A stretch of DNA of 34,940 bases from the IMG/VR virus record IMGVR_UViG_3300030451_004344, positions 1-34,940 of that record; one strand, 5' to 3'. The DNA is from a virus. Its lineage: Duplodnaviria; Caudoviricetes. Of this stretch, positions 25,519 to 34,794 are shown one piece after another. Below the pieces are notes generated by a model that did no database searches, was not told the DNA's origin, and saw only the letters and a program-made list of their open reading frames with translations. A program made the position numbers and the translations under genes. Within the stretch, counting starts at the first letter, position 1; every line of letters starts with the position of its first letter.

Positions 25519-26075
25519 ATAGTCTGTATCTGTGCCAATGCACGTTGTTCAGCGTATTTAGCACGTTCTGGTTTATTATCTGTATTCCATAAGATTGATT
25601 CTGCCATATCAGATATAATATTATAATGTGTATCTTCCAGTGGTAATACACTTGCTGTATTTGCTATATCAGTTGGTAGTGTTAAATAAACAATAACCAA
25701 ACCAATAGTGGGATTGTCCCAAGCTACCGGGTAGTAAAGATTTGTGCCTAACAAATAGCACGGTGAAATATATGACGAGGTTACATCTTTTTTATCGTGA
25801 GGTATTACAGTGCCATACTCTAGTGTTGTGGCATTTTGCACAGATACAATATGATCTCTTAATATATTTAAACCACTCACATCTACATAACCACCAGATT
25901 GATTACTTGCACTGTATGTTGTCTCTAATAAACGTAATTTGTCAACTGGCAATGTAGCGACAAGAAAATCTTGTGCTTGATTTAAGGCATTTACCTTCTG
26001 TGATGTAGTATATCGAGTATGAGCGTTATCCTCAAGACGATCTGATAATAATGTTACTAAACTTGTTCCAGTCAT
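25515..26075 (-). CDS. Head-tail adaptor protein
   Basis: LSDRLED...RYT...ALNQAQ...YL..PT...LPL...H..I.DMA; follows the capsid gene. Confidence 0.75.
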   Translation of the reverse strand: MTGTSLVTLLSDRLEDNAHTRYTTSQKVNALNQAQDFLVATLPVDKLRLLETTYSASNQSGGYVDVSGLNILRDHIVSVQNATTLEYGTVIPHDKKDVTSSYISPCYLLGTNLYYPVAWDNPTIGLVIVYLTLPTDIANTASVLPLEDTHYNIISDMAESILWNTDNKPERAKYAEQRALAQIQTI

Positions 26076-26088
26076 AATTCCTTCCTTA

Positions 26089-26114
26089 TAAGGGCCCTCC
26101 GAAGAAGGCCCTTA
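26089..26114 (-). terminator. Post-capsid hairpin with C(UUCG)G loop; probable leaky terminator or stabiliser
   Basis: Minus strand AAGGGCCTTC-TTCG-GAGGGCCCTT with a weak U-tract. Confidence 0.75.
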
Positions 26115-26136
26115 AAAGTTTTCAATTAACTACTTA

Positions 26137-27264
26137 TTAGTATCCAGTTGGTCCACCAACAAGTAAACCTTGCATACGTGGATTTGTGCACACTAATTGT
26201 CCCATCCAAAAGATTCTTGACTGGATAGCATCTTTAGTCTCAAGAGGCTTAAAGTCTTCCATAGCGAAGTTTCTTTTAGAGTGTACTTTAAAGTCTAAAT
26301 ACTTAGTATTTAAAAAGTACATATGACCAGCCGGTACGTGTGAATCAACTACAACTGATGCACCTTTGAACCTTAATGATTGGAACCCAGCATCACCTAA
26401 TGAGGCATCACCGTCAAATCTCTTATTACCTTGAAGAGAAGACTCATATGCATCATAGATAACTTGTGTGGTTACTATCATATCTGGAGCATCGCCATCA
26501 ATAGTACAAGCACCGTACATTTGTGTCATTTTTTGTACACCTTTTGATACACCATCAGTAGTAGATGTAAACTCAGCAAATGTTGGAGCTACATTATTTG
26601 CACCATCAGCAAGTATTGTTGAGAATGTACCAAGTTTAGCATCCCACCACGCTTGTGAGTCTGAATCAATGCCACCAAGTGATCTATTATAACCACAAAC
26701 AGCATTATCTTTATTACCCGGAGCGTGAAACAATGAAGTGTCACTTGCTGGAGTATCAATAAGCTCACTAGCAGTAGTATAATCAGAACTAGCTACTACA
26801 CCAGCACCATTCAAAGTTGTCAATCCATCTTGTACAGCATCTGATGCAAACAATCCATCGCCAATTAAGTCTTTGAATGTTTTTTCTGCATTAGCCATAC
26901 GTGCTTTAAGGATTGATAGCACTTGTGATGCACCAGAGTTAACAAACTGCTCTTCACCAGAAAGAACTACGTTGTTGTATCCAGTTGCCCAATTCCACTC
27001 AGCTTTCTGTGCTACTTCAGTCATAGCTTGACCTAATGCTACGTAAGAACTACCGTCATATGTTGTTCCAGCGTTTGGTTTAACCCAGCCAGAGTTGCCG
27101 TTTTCAGCATATTCTATAGGAGTAATAATTTTAGCACCACCGTCTAACAATTCTGCATTTTTAAGCAGTTTGAAACATAAAACATTGGAATTAAAAATAT
27201 TGTCCACAAGAATAGGCATAAATTTGTCTCTTGTTAAAGCAGAGACTGTATTTGATAAAGACAT
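26137..27264 (-). CDS. Major capsid protein (HK97 fold)
   Basis: 375 aa after the scaffold; DNIFNSN, GG..I..PIEY, GFQSLRFKGA.VV.D, YFLNTKYL, GQLVCTNPRMQG. Confidence 0.9.
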   Translation of the reverse strand: MSLSNTVSALTRDKFMPILVDNIFNSNVLCFKLLKNAELLDGGAKIITPIEYAENGNSGWVKPNAGTTYDGSSYVALGQAMTEVAQKAEWNWATGYNNVVLSGEEQFVNSGASQVLSILKARMANAEKTFKDLIGDGLFASDAVQDGLTTLNGAGVVASSDYTTASELIDTPASDTSLFHAPGNKDNAVCGYNRSLGGIDSDSQAWWDAKLGTFSTILADGANNVAPTFAEFTSTTDGVSKGVQKMTQMYGACTIDGDAPDMIVTTQVIYDAYESSLQGNKRFDGDASLGDAGFQSLRFKGASVVVDSHVPAGHMYFLNTKYLDFKVHSKRNFAMEDFKPLETKDAIQSRIFWMGQLVCTNPRMQGLLVGGPTGY

Positions 27265-27282
27265 TTACCTTATCCTACCTTT

Positions 27283-28137
27283 CTATTCGAAATATTTCGC
27301 AATTTCCGGGTCCTTTGCTGACAGCTCTTTAAAGCTAGAGTATTTTTTAGGAGCCTTAGCCTCCCTTGCCCCAGCCTCTGAATTGCCTACAATCTTTCCA
27401 TCATTGCGAGTTTTGTTCTCAGCCAATTTTTTATAGTGGGCAAGTTCGTCCATTTTTGCATCATATGACCATTCCTTGAATGCAAGTTCCATATTGGGGA
27501 TTCCATTTACAGTGAAACGCTCAGCATTTGCCTCTGTAAAATCCAAGAAATCCTTAGTACCCTCTTCATTTAAAAGGGTAGGATTTGCATCTTCAAGTTT
27601 TGTCAGTTGTGCATCGAGATCATTAACACGACTTTCCAATAAGCGTTCAGACTCTATTTCTTCTAATGCCTCTAGCCTTTGCTCAAGTGGGCTTTCTTCA
27701 GCAGTTTCCACAACCTCTGTTTCAAGGTCTGGGAGCGTACCGTTTAAACCTAACTTGTCAAGCTCTTCGGGATTATCAAAAAAGAAATCCTTTAAATGCT
27801 CTTTGAACTCATCGTCTCCATTAACTTTCTCAACTAACTTGTTCCACTTCGCAAGGTCTTGAGCTTTTTGAGTATTTGATTTTGACCACTCAGTTTTATT
27901 CTGAGAGTCTTTCATCCACTCTTTAATAGTGTCAGCATCATAGCGTTCACCATCTATTTCAAAACCTTCCGGTTCAGATACAGCCTCATTTACCGTCTCA
28001 ACGGATTCTTCTGTTTCTGTTGGTTGAGCCTCAGTGGACTCTTCAACCGGTGCTTCTGACTCTGTGGTCTCACCAGTATCTTCGAGACTAGCCAGTTCTT
28101 CTGGTGTAATCTCTACGTTGTTATATGCTTTATTCAT
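27283..28137 (-). CDS. Capsid scaffolding protein
   Basis: Highly acidic N-terminus, coiled coil, TQKAQDLA motif, directly upstream of the capsid gene. Confidence 0.82.
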   Translation of the reverse strand: MNKAYNNVEITPEELASLEDTGETTESEAPVEESTEAQPTETEESVETVNEAVSEPEGFEIDGERYDADTIKEWMKDSQNKTEWSKSNTQKAQDLAKWNKLVEKVNGDDEFKEHLKDFFFDNPEELDKLGLNGTLPDLETEVVETAEESPLEQRLEALEEIESERLLESRVNDLDAQLTKLEDANPTLLNEEGTKDFLDFTEANAERFTVNGIPNMELAFKEWSYDAKMDELAHYKKLAENKTRNDGKIVGNSEAGAREAKAPKKYSSFKELSAKDPEIAKYFE

Positions 28138-28174
28138 TTGACTTCCTTTCGATTGGTCATTAAAAAAGCTGTTT

Positions 28175-28483
28175 TTAAACTTTTACTTCCTCGTGTGCAG
28201 TTCCAAATCTGTTTGTATGCTTGTACAACTTGCCTTGGAATCTGAAATAATCTTTACCGTGCCCACGTTTTACATTCATTGAGTACACATTTCTGCTAGT
28301 AGAAGGTCTATCTTGGTATGTAACACCTCTATAAGTAACGGGACCTTCGTGCACATCAGATGGATTTAAATCACCATACTTCATATATTTACCGTGCACA
28401 TTGCCAGTTGGACTTTGAAAGCCAGACTTAGCTAAAGACTTTAATTTTCCTTGACGTGATTTTTTTTCTTTACTTTTTGCCAT
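28175..28483 (-). CDS. Basic hypothetical protein
   Basis: ORF between portal and scaffold; AAAGGA RBS favours ATG 28483. Confidence 0.65.
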   Translation of the reverse strand: MAKSKEKKSRQGKLKSLAKSGFQSPTGNVHGKYMKYGDLNPSDVHEGPVTYRGVTYQDRPSTSRNVYSMNVKRGHGKDYFRFQGKLYKHTNRFGTAHEEVKV

Positions 28484-28622
28484 CTGCAATTCCTTTTAGT
28501 TTTTCTCGTTTTGCTAATTTTTGTACAGCCGGGTTATCACTATTAAAAGCACTTAAGACACACTCTTTTGTGACACCATCATAGCCATTACTTTTACACC
28601 AACTACTCAGAGTCAAGTGCAT
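28470..28622 (-). CDS. 50-aa hypothetical protein (not in ORF track)
   Basis: Manual translation MHLTLSSWCKSNGYDGVTKECVLSAFNSDNPAVQKLAKREKLKGIADGKK; fills the gap. Confidence 0.5.
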   Translation of the reverse strand: MHLTLSSWCKSNGYDGVTKECVLSAFNSDNPAVQKLAKREKLKGIADGKK

Positions 28623-30309
28623 TTGTGTCGGTTTCTTTTCCAAGGCCACTCATCTCCCTTTGTCGTAATAAAGCATCCATAATCTCATCTTCATCTGTTG
28701 AATTTTGAAGTGTATCCATTTCTGCTTGTAATTGTTGTTGTTGCATTTGTTTTTGTTGTATAAGCTGTTCTAGCACATCTTTAGATATATCTTTCTGTGT
28801 CCATCTCCAGAACTGCTCTTGATCTAAAAGACCCATCTGTACAAGATCAATAGCTTGATCAAATCTAGCTGTTCTTGATTCTGGTAGAGAGCTACCCGGT
28901 ACGTATTTAAAGTCCATATCGAAATCAAGATCGTATGGAGCTATGGTACGGAAACCATATCCACCCTCATCTGAAAAGGTCCTAATTGAAATTGTTTGCT
29001 CGTAGTTTTGTGCTAACATTTGTAGAGTTATTTTATATGCATCAACTACAGCATCTGTACCTATCTCACGCTCTTTAGCACGTATAACTTGCTGTGATGC
29101 CTCTTGTAACTGACTAATAGCACGTGATGCAGTAACACCTTTTGGATTTCTACCTTGTGTGATATCGTGCACACCACTAACTGTATCTGCAAGTTGTATC
29201 ATACTCTCACTCATAGGGAGTGTAGAAGATGATATATTCCCAGCGTTCATTCTGTCGATACGCTCGTGTGGACCGTTTGTATAAAATATCTGTCCGGGAC
29301 GGTCTGTTGGTCTATTGCCTTGTGATTTAGCTAAAGACTTGCTCATTACAATAGCTGGATTACCGTGCATAATTAGGTTATCCATACCTTGTGATAGTGC
29401 TATAGATGCACCCGTGGCAAGAGACTCCACTACCTCTGGCTCACCTTTACCCCAAACAGAGTGGGCAGACTGGTAATTCTGGAACATTACTAATGGTAAA
29501 AAGTCATAAGGACTTTCTACATCTTGTAGGAGAGTTTTTCCAGCCCAAGTAGCCAGTCTCCACCCTTTTTTAGACTTATAAAATGACTCTTTAAGTAGTG
29601 TTTGACCTCCACGATAATCAGACTGTGATTTATCTTGTACTGGAGATACACTATCTAATTCGGCTAAATTAGCTTTATCTGTACCATACTTATTATCGTG
29701 ACGTACAAATGAACGATATTCATTCATTTTACCTTCAGCACTTACTTTTTTACCAAACCTCTGCTCAATATCATCCACGTATGTCGGTGTAGCGAATATA
29801 ACACACTGTGCATCTTGAAGGTTTGTAGCAAGTGGATCAATAAAGACTGTATATGGGTCTGCAACACTGTAATTAATCTCACCGTTTTGCATTGTAATTT
29901 TTATAAACCCATTACCAAATAATAAACCATCTCGTTTCATCATAGCTACAGCACGTTGAAACTTTGCACCTTCCATCACACTTTCAACAGCCTCTTGTGC
30001 CATTTTAGCTTGGTTGACTTGTTCCTCACGTTTTGGCATAATATCCACAACTGGAGCACGGTCTGTAAGGATAGAGTACATTGTCTCAATGATAGAGTGT
30101 ATAATGTTAGGCTCTATACGAGTTTTATATTTAGGTAGATTAAACGGTTTTAATATTTGACCAGCATACAGCTCTTCGTTACGTCTCCATCTAGGGATAC
30201 GACCTTTACGAGCCTCTTTAGCTGATTGAAACATTTTTTCAAGCTCGTTTATCTTTTGAACTTGACCATCAGCGTAATCATCCATATTTACATCTGGGTA
30301 CTTAGCCAT
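28603..30309 (-). CDS. Portal protein (P22-like)
   Basis: ~568 aa after the terminase; W....E.Y.G, NIIH..IE, D.LLFGNGF.K, DP....IDP, SGV.D...G, TA..ISQLQEA, Q-rich tail; start probably at 30309 (TAATG). Confidence 0.9.
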   Translation of the reverse strand: MAKYPDVNMDDYADGQVQKINELEKMFQSAKEARKGRIPRWRRNEELYAGQILKPFNLPKYKTRIEPNIIHSIIETMYSILTDRAPVVDIMPKREEQVNQAKMAQEAVESVMEGAKFQRAVAMMKRDGLLFGNGFIKITMQNGEINYSVADPYTVFIDPLATNLQDAQCVIFATPTYVDDIEQRFGKKVSAEGKMNEYRSFVRHDNKYGTDKANLAELDSVSPVQDKSQSDYRGGQTLLKESFYKSKKGWRLATWAGKTLLQDVESPYDFLPLVMFQNYQSAHSVWGKGEPEVVESLATGASIALSQGMDNLIMHGNPAIVMSKSLAKSQGNRPTDRPGQIFYTNGPHERIDRMNAGNISSSTLPMSESMIQLADTVSGVHDITQGRNPKGVTASRAISQLQEASQQVIRAKEREIGTDAVVDAYKITLQMLAQNYEQTISIRTFSDEGGYGFRTIAPYDLDFDMDFKYVPGSSLPESRTARFDQAIDLVQMGLLDQEQFWRWTQKDISKDVLEQLIQQKQMQQQQLQAEMDTLQNSTDEDEIMDALLRQREMSGLGKETDTNALDSE

Positions 30310-30623
30310 TATCCTTTTTTCCATTTCTTTGAAGGGCTCTTGGTTTTTGATGGACTCCATTTGACTTTATTAGCCCAGTACGCTGGACTTGTAGGTCCTT
30401 TAGCTATATTCTTGCTATGCCTACTTTTAAAAGCCTCTCTTTGTCCGGCTGTCTGATTTGTCTTAACACCTTGCTGTCCAAATCTTATGATCTTCACAGA
30501 GCCACCATCATTAACTGCCACGATATGACTCTTACTTGAATGGCCCGGTGTTCTCTTTGGGCTGTTCAAACCAGTAAGTCCATACTTAGCGAGTTTTTTT
30601 AGCTTATCTTTTTTTGCCGTCAC
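30309..30623 (-). CDS. Conserved basic phage protein
   Basis: KSHIV....G..KIIRFGQQG...R.AFKSRH...SPAYWA.KVKW pattern recalled from phages. Confidence 0.75.
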   Translation of the reverse strand: MTAKKDKLKKLAKYGLTGLNSPKRTPGHSSKSHIVAVNDGGSVKIIRFGQQGVKTNQTAGQREAFKSRHSKNIAKGPTSPAYWANKVKWSPSKTKSPSKKWKKG

Positions 30624-30769
30624 GACTTTTTAATTTTTTTCACTTTATTGTTGTGAGTACGTGCATATACGTATTTATCATCCTCACGAATCTTTTCACC
30701 GTAGTAGCGTTTGCCACCCCACATCCAGCTAACTTTTTTAGCTATCTTTCCTAGCTTTTCAGTTCTCAC
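30620..30769 (-). CDS. 49-aa basic protein, possibly Tudor/SH3-like (not in ORF track)
   Basis: Manual translation MRTEKLGKIAKKVSWMWGGKRYYGEKIREDDKYVYARTHNNKVKKIKKS; GTGA overlaps at both ends. Confidence 0.6.
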   Translation of the reverse strand: MRTEKLGKIAKKVSWMWGGKRYYGEKIREDDKYVYARTHNNKVKKIKKS

Positions 30770-30921
30770 TGACCACCACCACTACCACCATTAGCTAACC
30801 CTTGGTCTGCTTGATGCATATAATCATCTTCTTTTTTCTTACGCTTTTTCTTTAGTGCTTTCACGTATGCTTTAACACCTTTCTTATCGTAACTGTACTT
30901 CTTTCCATCTAGACTTGGCAT
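30766..30921 (-). CDS. 51-aa Lys-rich protein (not in ORF track)
   Basis: Manual translation MPSLDGKKYSYDKKGVKAYVKALKKKRKKKEDDYMHQADQGLANGGSGGGQ; GGAG RBS. Confidence 0.65.
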   Translation of the reverse strand: MPSLDGKKYSYDKKGVKAYVKALKKKRKKKEDDYMHQADQGLANGGSGGGQ

Positions 30922-30922
30922 A

Positions 30923-32332
30923 TTAACTCCAGTTATAAGTCCAACCTTCTGGGTTGGGGTTTATTAGTTTTTCGTACTCAATCTGGTCCTTCGTTTTAGC
31001 TTTTATTTCAACCGGGCTTTGACTGTGTGTCAGAGCGTACCTTAAAGCATCTAGTATATGATCCTCTAAAGTGGTATCTAAATCTTCTGGACGTTTTTCA
31101 TCAAAAATCATATCCGGGATGGTCCTTATCAAGTTTGGACACGTCCCTTCTAAAACATAAAAGTTCGGTTCTGTGTTCTCATCCCAGTGCATCTTCTGTG
31201 CTAGGTTTCTCCAGCCATTAACACGGTCATTGTTTGCCGGAGCTAGGTTTGGAACTAAACTACTATCTGGTCCCATTATAGCTCTTGCAATACTCTGGTC
31301 AGCGTACATCGGTGCCTCTGGTTTCCTCCACGACATTGGGTTTCTAGTCCACATACTAGGGTCACCCAGTGCCATTGTTATCTCCTCACCTTGAGAGTAT
31401 TTGGCTATTAATTCACCCCATTCTTGAGGATGTTTCTCGGTGCCATATAACTCCCTATAACAAAGAACCTTTCCTTTAGGGGTAACCTCGACCCAGATAG
31501 CACCAAACGGTGCACTGTATCCCCAGTCAATCCCTATATATCGGTAGTTTAAGGGTGAACCAAAACCAAGCTGTTTAGACATCTCTTTTGAGACAACGTG
31601 CTTTCTAGGTTCCCATTCAGAAAAATACTGCCCAGCAAATACATCCCAGTCTCCCAGTTTCCACGCTTTCATCAGTGGCTCTGGTAATGACTCAAGGAAC
31701 TTTACATACGCTGGATCAGCCTTCATAAGTGTGGGGTTATCCTCAATAGTAGCCGGTATAAAAACTCGTCTTCTGCCACTTATTGGGTCCTTAAACGCTT
31801 TGTTGGGTTCTGACTTGCCAATCTTAAACCTCTTTTTCAACCACTGATGTCCCGGACCACCGGGGTTTGCAGTTAAAAAGATTTGTGGCTTAACACTGCC
31901 AACAGAACGAACCGAACTCACTAATTTCAAATAGCTTTCTTCAGTAGGTATCTGACCTACCTCTTCAATCAATAATCTGTTTATATTCCAACCTTGGAAC
32001 GCTGTATAAGCATTCTCGTCCTTTAAATGTCCCGTATAAATCTTCGCTCCAGACGGGAAATGAAAGACTGTAGGTTTTCCAGATACCTTTGCATTGGTGT
32101 ATAACTGTACGGCCCTATCAAGCCAGTTACGTAAGTCACTATGGTTCCTACGTATAACAAGCCCAACAAAAGTAGGATCGTGTACAGCTTTAAGCATCCA
32201 TACAATACCGGCATCACTTTTCCCACCACCTCTCGCACCACCATAAAGTATCTCATATGTTTTCTCGTTTATAGATAGAGCTAGTGTCTGTGGACCTTCG
32301 TGTGGCCTCCATAGTGCTCCATCACTCATCAA
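30923..32332 (-). CDS. terL: Terminase large subunit
   Basis: Walker A YGGARGGGKS, Walker B LLIEE, TANPGG, nuclease GIDWG and DHILDALRY. Confidence 0.97.
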   Translation of the reverse strand: MMSDGALWRPHEGPQTLALSINEKTYEILYGGARGGGKSDAGIVWMLKAVHDPTFVGLVIRRNHSDLRNWLDRAVQLYTNAKVSGKPTVFHFPSGAKIYTGHLKDENAYTAFQGWNINRLLIEEVGQIPTEESYLKLVSSVRSVGSVKPQIFLTANPGGPGHQWLKKRFKIGKSEPNKAFKDPISGRRRVFIPATIEDNPTLMKADPAYVKFLESLPEPLMKAWKLGDWDVFAGQYFSEWEPRKHVVSKEMSKQLGFGSPLNYRYIGIDWGYSAPFGAIWVEVTPKGKVLCYRELYGTEKHPQEWGELIAKYSQGEEITMALGDPSMWTRNPMSWRKPEAPMYADQSIARAIMGPDSSLVPNLAPANNDRVNGWRNLAQKMHWDENTEPNFYVLEGTCPNLIRTIPDMIFDEKRPEDLDTTLEDHILDALRYALTHSQSPVEIKAKTKDQIEYEKLINPNPEGWTYNWS

Positions 32333-32720
32333 AAAGCAAAAATCCTATCAAAAAAAATATTATAAAGCCTAAAATAAAAGTAGTTACCAGAGAGCTTATC
32401 ATAATCATTAATGGCTATGATCAACATCGCAGTGTACCGGGCAACTATAGCCTACTAACTCATTGTATTCTTTTGATTCTAAAAAATTCATAACTCCAAA
32501 TATTATTATGGCTACCACAAGGATGACGTAATCATCATACCTCAATGCTATAAATCTGTTGTGCATATATACTACTATACGGCAACTCGCTCTCCCGTCT
32601 CCTCGGAAATCATAATCACGTGATGCCCATACATTGGTGACGATTCCCATAAAATCTGACCCATTGCAGTACCATATTTATCACTGCAAGAGTAGTTGTC
32701 GAGGAGAGTGCAGTGGACTA

Positions 32721-33116
32721 TCAATCCACGTCCTCTACATCTTGTTGGGATGGTAGGTAGATAAGATTGTCTTCACCATTAGTATCTACCTTCAACTCTG
32801 ATGCCTTTAAACTAGGTACTAAACGCTCTACAATAAGCTTTGCCGAGGCCAATGCATCCTTATGAGGTTTATCTTCAGTTAGAGTAGATGCGACCTTATA
32901 TAAGCTCTCTATGATTTTCTCTGCATCGGAGTGGTCTCTGAAGATATCCACGATAGTATGCTCTTTCTTTGGCCTTCCAGCTGGATTACCACTATGACCG
33001 GGTAATATTTGACCGTTCTCTCCACGTTTAGGCTTATTTTTAGCTTGTATTTGAAGTCTTTCTTCCTCTGTGAGGTTTCTTTTGACCTTCTTGCCGTTTT
33101 TCTCTACTAGTTCCAT
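32721..33116 (-). CDS. terS: Terminase small subunit
   Basis: GQILPGHSGNPAGRPK motif; upstream of terL. Confidence 0.8.
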   Translation of the reverse strand: MELVEKNGKKVKRNLTEEERLQIQAKNKPKRGENGQILPGHSGNPAGRPKKEHTIVDIFRDHSDAEKIIESLYKVASTLTEDKPHKDALASAKLIVERLVPSLKASELKVDTNGEDNLIYLPSQQDVEDVD

Positions 33117-33340
33117 TAGTTGTACATCTTCTTTAAAATCTTGTTGACCTTACCCTTTAGCTTTTTGTTCCCACTTAAGGTGGCTCCTTGCTTTAGACCT
33201 TTGTGAAATCCTTGGTCGTATGCTTCACCCATACCTTGGTCTAGAATGAATCTAACTCTTGGCACTTTGGTTAGCACCCAGATGATTGCTCTATCGTAGA
33301 GTGTTGGCTTTATATTAGTTTGGGAGTTTTGGGTCTTCAT
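33116..33340 (-). CDS. Hypothetical protein
   Basis: Coupled to terS by TAATG. Confidence 0.65.
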   Translation of the reverse strand: MKTQNSQTNIKPTLYDRAIIWVLTKVPRVRFILDQGMGEAYDQGFHKGLKQGATLSGNKKLKGKVNKILKKMYN

Positions 33341-33563
33341 CTTCTTTTTGTTCTAGTTCTTCTATATACTCTGTGTATGTATCGTAGTTATAGGAATCTG
33401 CTATAAGTTCATCCAGATTCTCTTCTGTAGGTGAATCTTCTGGTGGGTCTGTTATGATTTCAATTCCCATCTTAAACGTGTTGGCTCCGAGTCTAAATGC
33501 AATCGCAGTTATCCCAGAACCAATCAATAAACCAGATATAAAGAAAATAGTATTATTCACCAT
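33315..33563 (-). CDS. Membrane-anchored acidic hypothetical protein; first gene of the late operon
   Basis: N-terminal TM segment IFFISGLLIGSGITAIAF. Confidence 0.7.
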   Translation of the reverse strand: MVNNTIFFISGLLIGSGITAIAFRLGANTFKMGIEIITDPPEDSPTEENLDELIADSYNYDTYTEYIEELEQKEDEDPKLPN

Positions 33564-33711
33564 AGGTATTATAAGCTCGAATTGGTCTTTTTTGTTGCCT
33601 CGTTCCGTCCAGAGTTAAAATTATTTTAACTTTTTATTAGGATGTAATGTTAAAACCATTATAACTTTCGTAAGCCAACAACGGCAAACAACTAAACGAT
33701 TGGAGAATCAA
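33564..33711. promoter_or_regulatory. Divergent early/late intergenic promoter region
   Basis: AT-rich gap between divergent operons; minus-strand TATAAT at 33568-33573; plus-strand TATAAC near 33660. Confidence 0.5.
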
Positions 33712-34431
33712 ATGAAAAGAGAAACATCAAGTTATTTAGAGAATGACCCAAACTATGTACCATCAGCTAAATCACCAGTAGCACCTAAAAAGAAGAATGG
33801 TATGAAAGTACAAGTAACAAAAAAAGAAATGGAATTTTTAAATCAAATATCAACAAGTGATTTCGCAAACGAAGGCTGGGAAGAGGCAGAAGATGGTGCA
33901 GTGGGTGATTGGGTAGGTGCAGATGGAAAAGTAAACCTTCCAACAGACCAATATAATATGAAAGTTGTTAGGGGTCTTATGTCATCCTTAAAGGAGAAGG
34001 GTGTTATAGAGTTAAGAGGGACAGAAGTAGGTCACGAAGGTCAACCCATAACTTGGGTAAATGTCAGTGTTGAATTTTGTGATATTGAAAATAATTGTTT
34101 AAAAAACTTGGAGGTGGCCAAAGCCACTTCCAGAAAGGAGAATCAAATGGAAGTACAAGCAACTAGAGCATTCACATTAACACCGACACACGAGGACTTA
34201 CTAACGAGATACATAGGAGTAAAAGTTCCGGTAATCTTTGTAGAGTATGGTGTAGAGGGATATAGAGAGACAACCCACAGAGTAACATCTTTTGAGGAGT
34301 TAAATCTGTTGAATAAAAAGTACACCAATGCAACACCTCAAGATGCATTTGTGTTACAAAATCTCTCAATGTTTCCTAATGGTAATGTTGAAAAATTGTA
34401 TGAAATCGCTAACAAACGGGAGGAGGCATAA
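33712..34431 (+). CDS. First early ORF; apparently two genes fused in frame (second start at 34147)
   Basis: GGAGAATCAAATG at 33702-33714 and again at 34137-34149; MKVVRGLMSSLKEKGVIE suggests a winged helix in the first half. Confidence 0.75.
   Translation: MKRETSSYLENDPNYVPSAKSPVAPKKKNGMKVQVTKKEMEFLNQISTSDFANEGWEEAEDGAVGDWVGADGKVNLPTDQYNMKVVRGLMSSLKEKGVIELRGTEVGHEGQPITWVNVSVEFCDIENNCLKNLEVAKATSRKENQMEVQATRAFTLTPTHEDLLTRYIGVKVPVIFVEYGVEGYRETTHRVTSFEELNLLNKKYTNATPQDAFVLQNLSMFPNGNVEKLYEIANKREEA
34110..34149 (+). promoter_or_regulatory. Hairpin + RBS element variant (GGAGGTGGC-CAAA-GCCACTTCC-AGAAAGGAGAATCAAATG)
   Basis: Paralogue of 34419-34458 with a compensatory base-pair change and no stop codon in the loop. 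Confidence 0.75.
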
Positions 34432-34462
34432 GCCTCTTCCAGAAAGGAGAATCGAATGAAAA
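34376..34462 (+). repeat. Left cassette flank, copy 2
   Basis: Matches 1-87 with one mismatch. Confidence 0.97.
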
Positions 34463-34791
34463 TAGATAATAAGCAAGATGTAATTAATTGGTTGAAGAGG
34501 TTGAAGGATGACCATCCTCTATCTATACAAGAGATGATTGACTATCTAGAGTCTGATGAGGTTATAAGTAGTAGAACGGATTTAAATGACCCTATTGACG
34601 ATGATGGTTTTATAGCAATAAGGTGGCATCGAGATGATGTTCGTAATCAAGCTGAAGGTATGATGGTTCACCTAACAGATGATGAGGTCGACAAGGTGCT
34701 TTATGATGTCAGAAAATATCACGATGCATCAATCGGTGTTAGTTGGGATAATATCGACTTTCATATTCAACGGCTCGTAAACGAAAGATAG
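34456..34791 (+). CDS. Hypothetical acidic early protein (cassette allele B)
   Basis: 111 aa; W..DDV...LTDDEVDKVL......HDASIGVSWDNI pattern recalled from phage early proteins; no visible similarity to 81-545. Confidence 0.82.
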   Translation: MKIDNKQDVINWLKRLKDDHPLSIQEMIDYLESDEVISSRTDLNDPIDDDGFIAIRWHRDDVRNQAEGMMVHLTDDEVDKVLYDVRKYHDASIGVSWDNIDFHIQRLVNER

Positions 34792-34794
34792 ACT

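Noticed and set aside
11419-31394. Plus-strand ORFs of 60-130 aa within the late operon, and similar antisense or alternate-frame ORFs elsewhere (e.g. 242-424, 2414-2695, 8009-8527, 9571-9813)
   Set aside because: Shadows of well-supported genes, with S/L/F-rich composition and no RBS.
32325-32720. Genes between terS and terL, including track ORF 32408-32650
   Set aside because: Probably several tiny membrane or hypothetical ORFs, but I cannot fix starts or frames with confidence.
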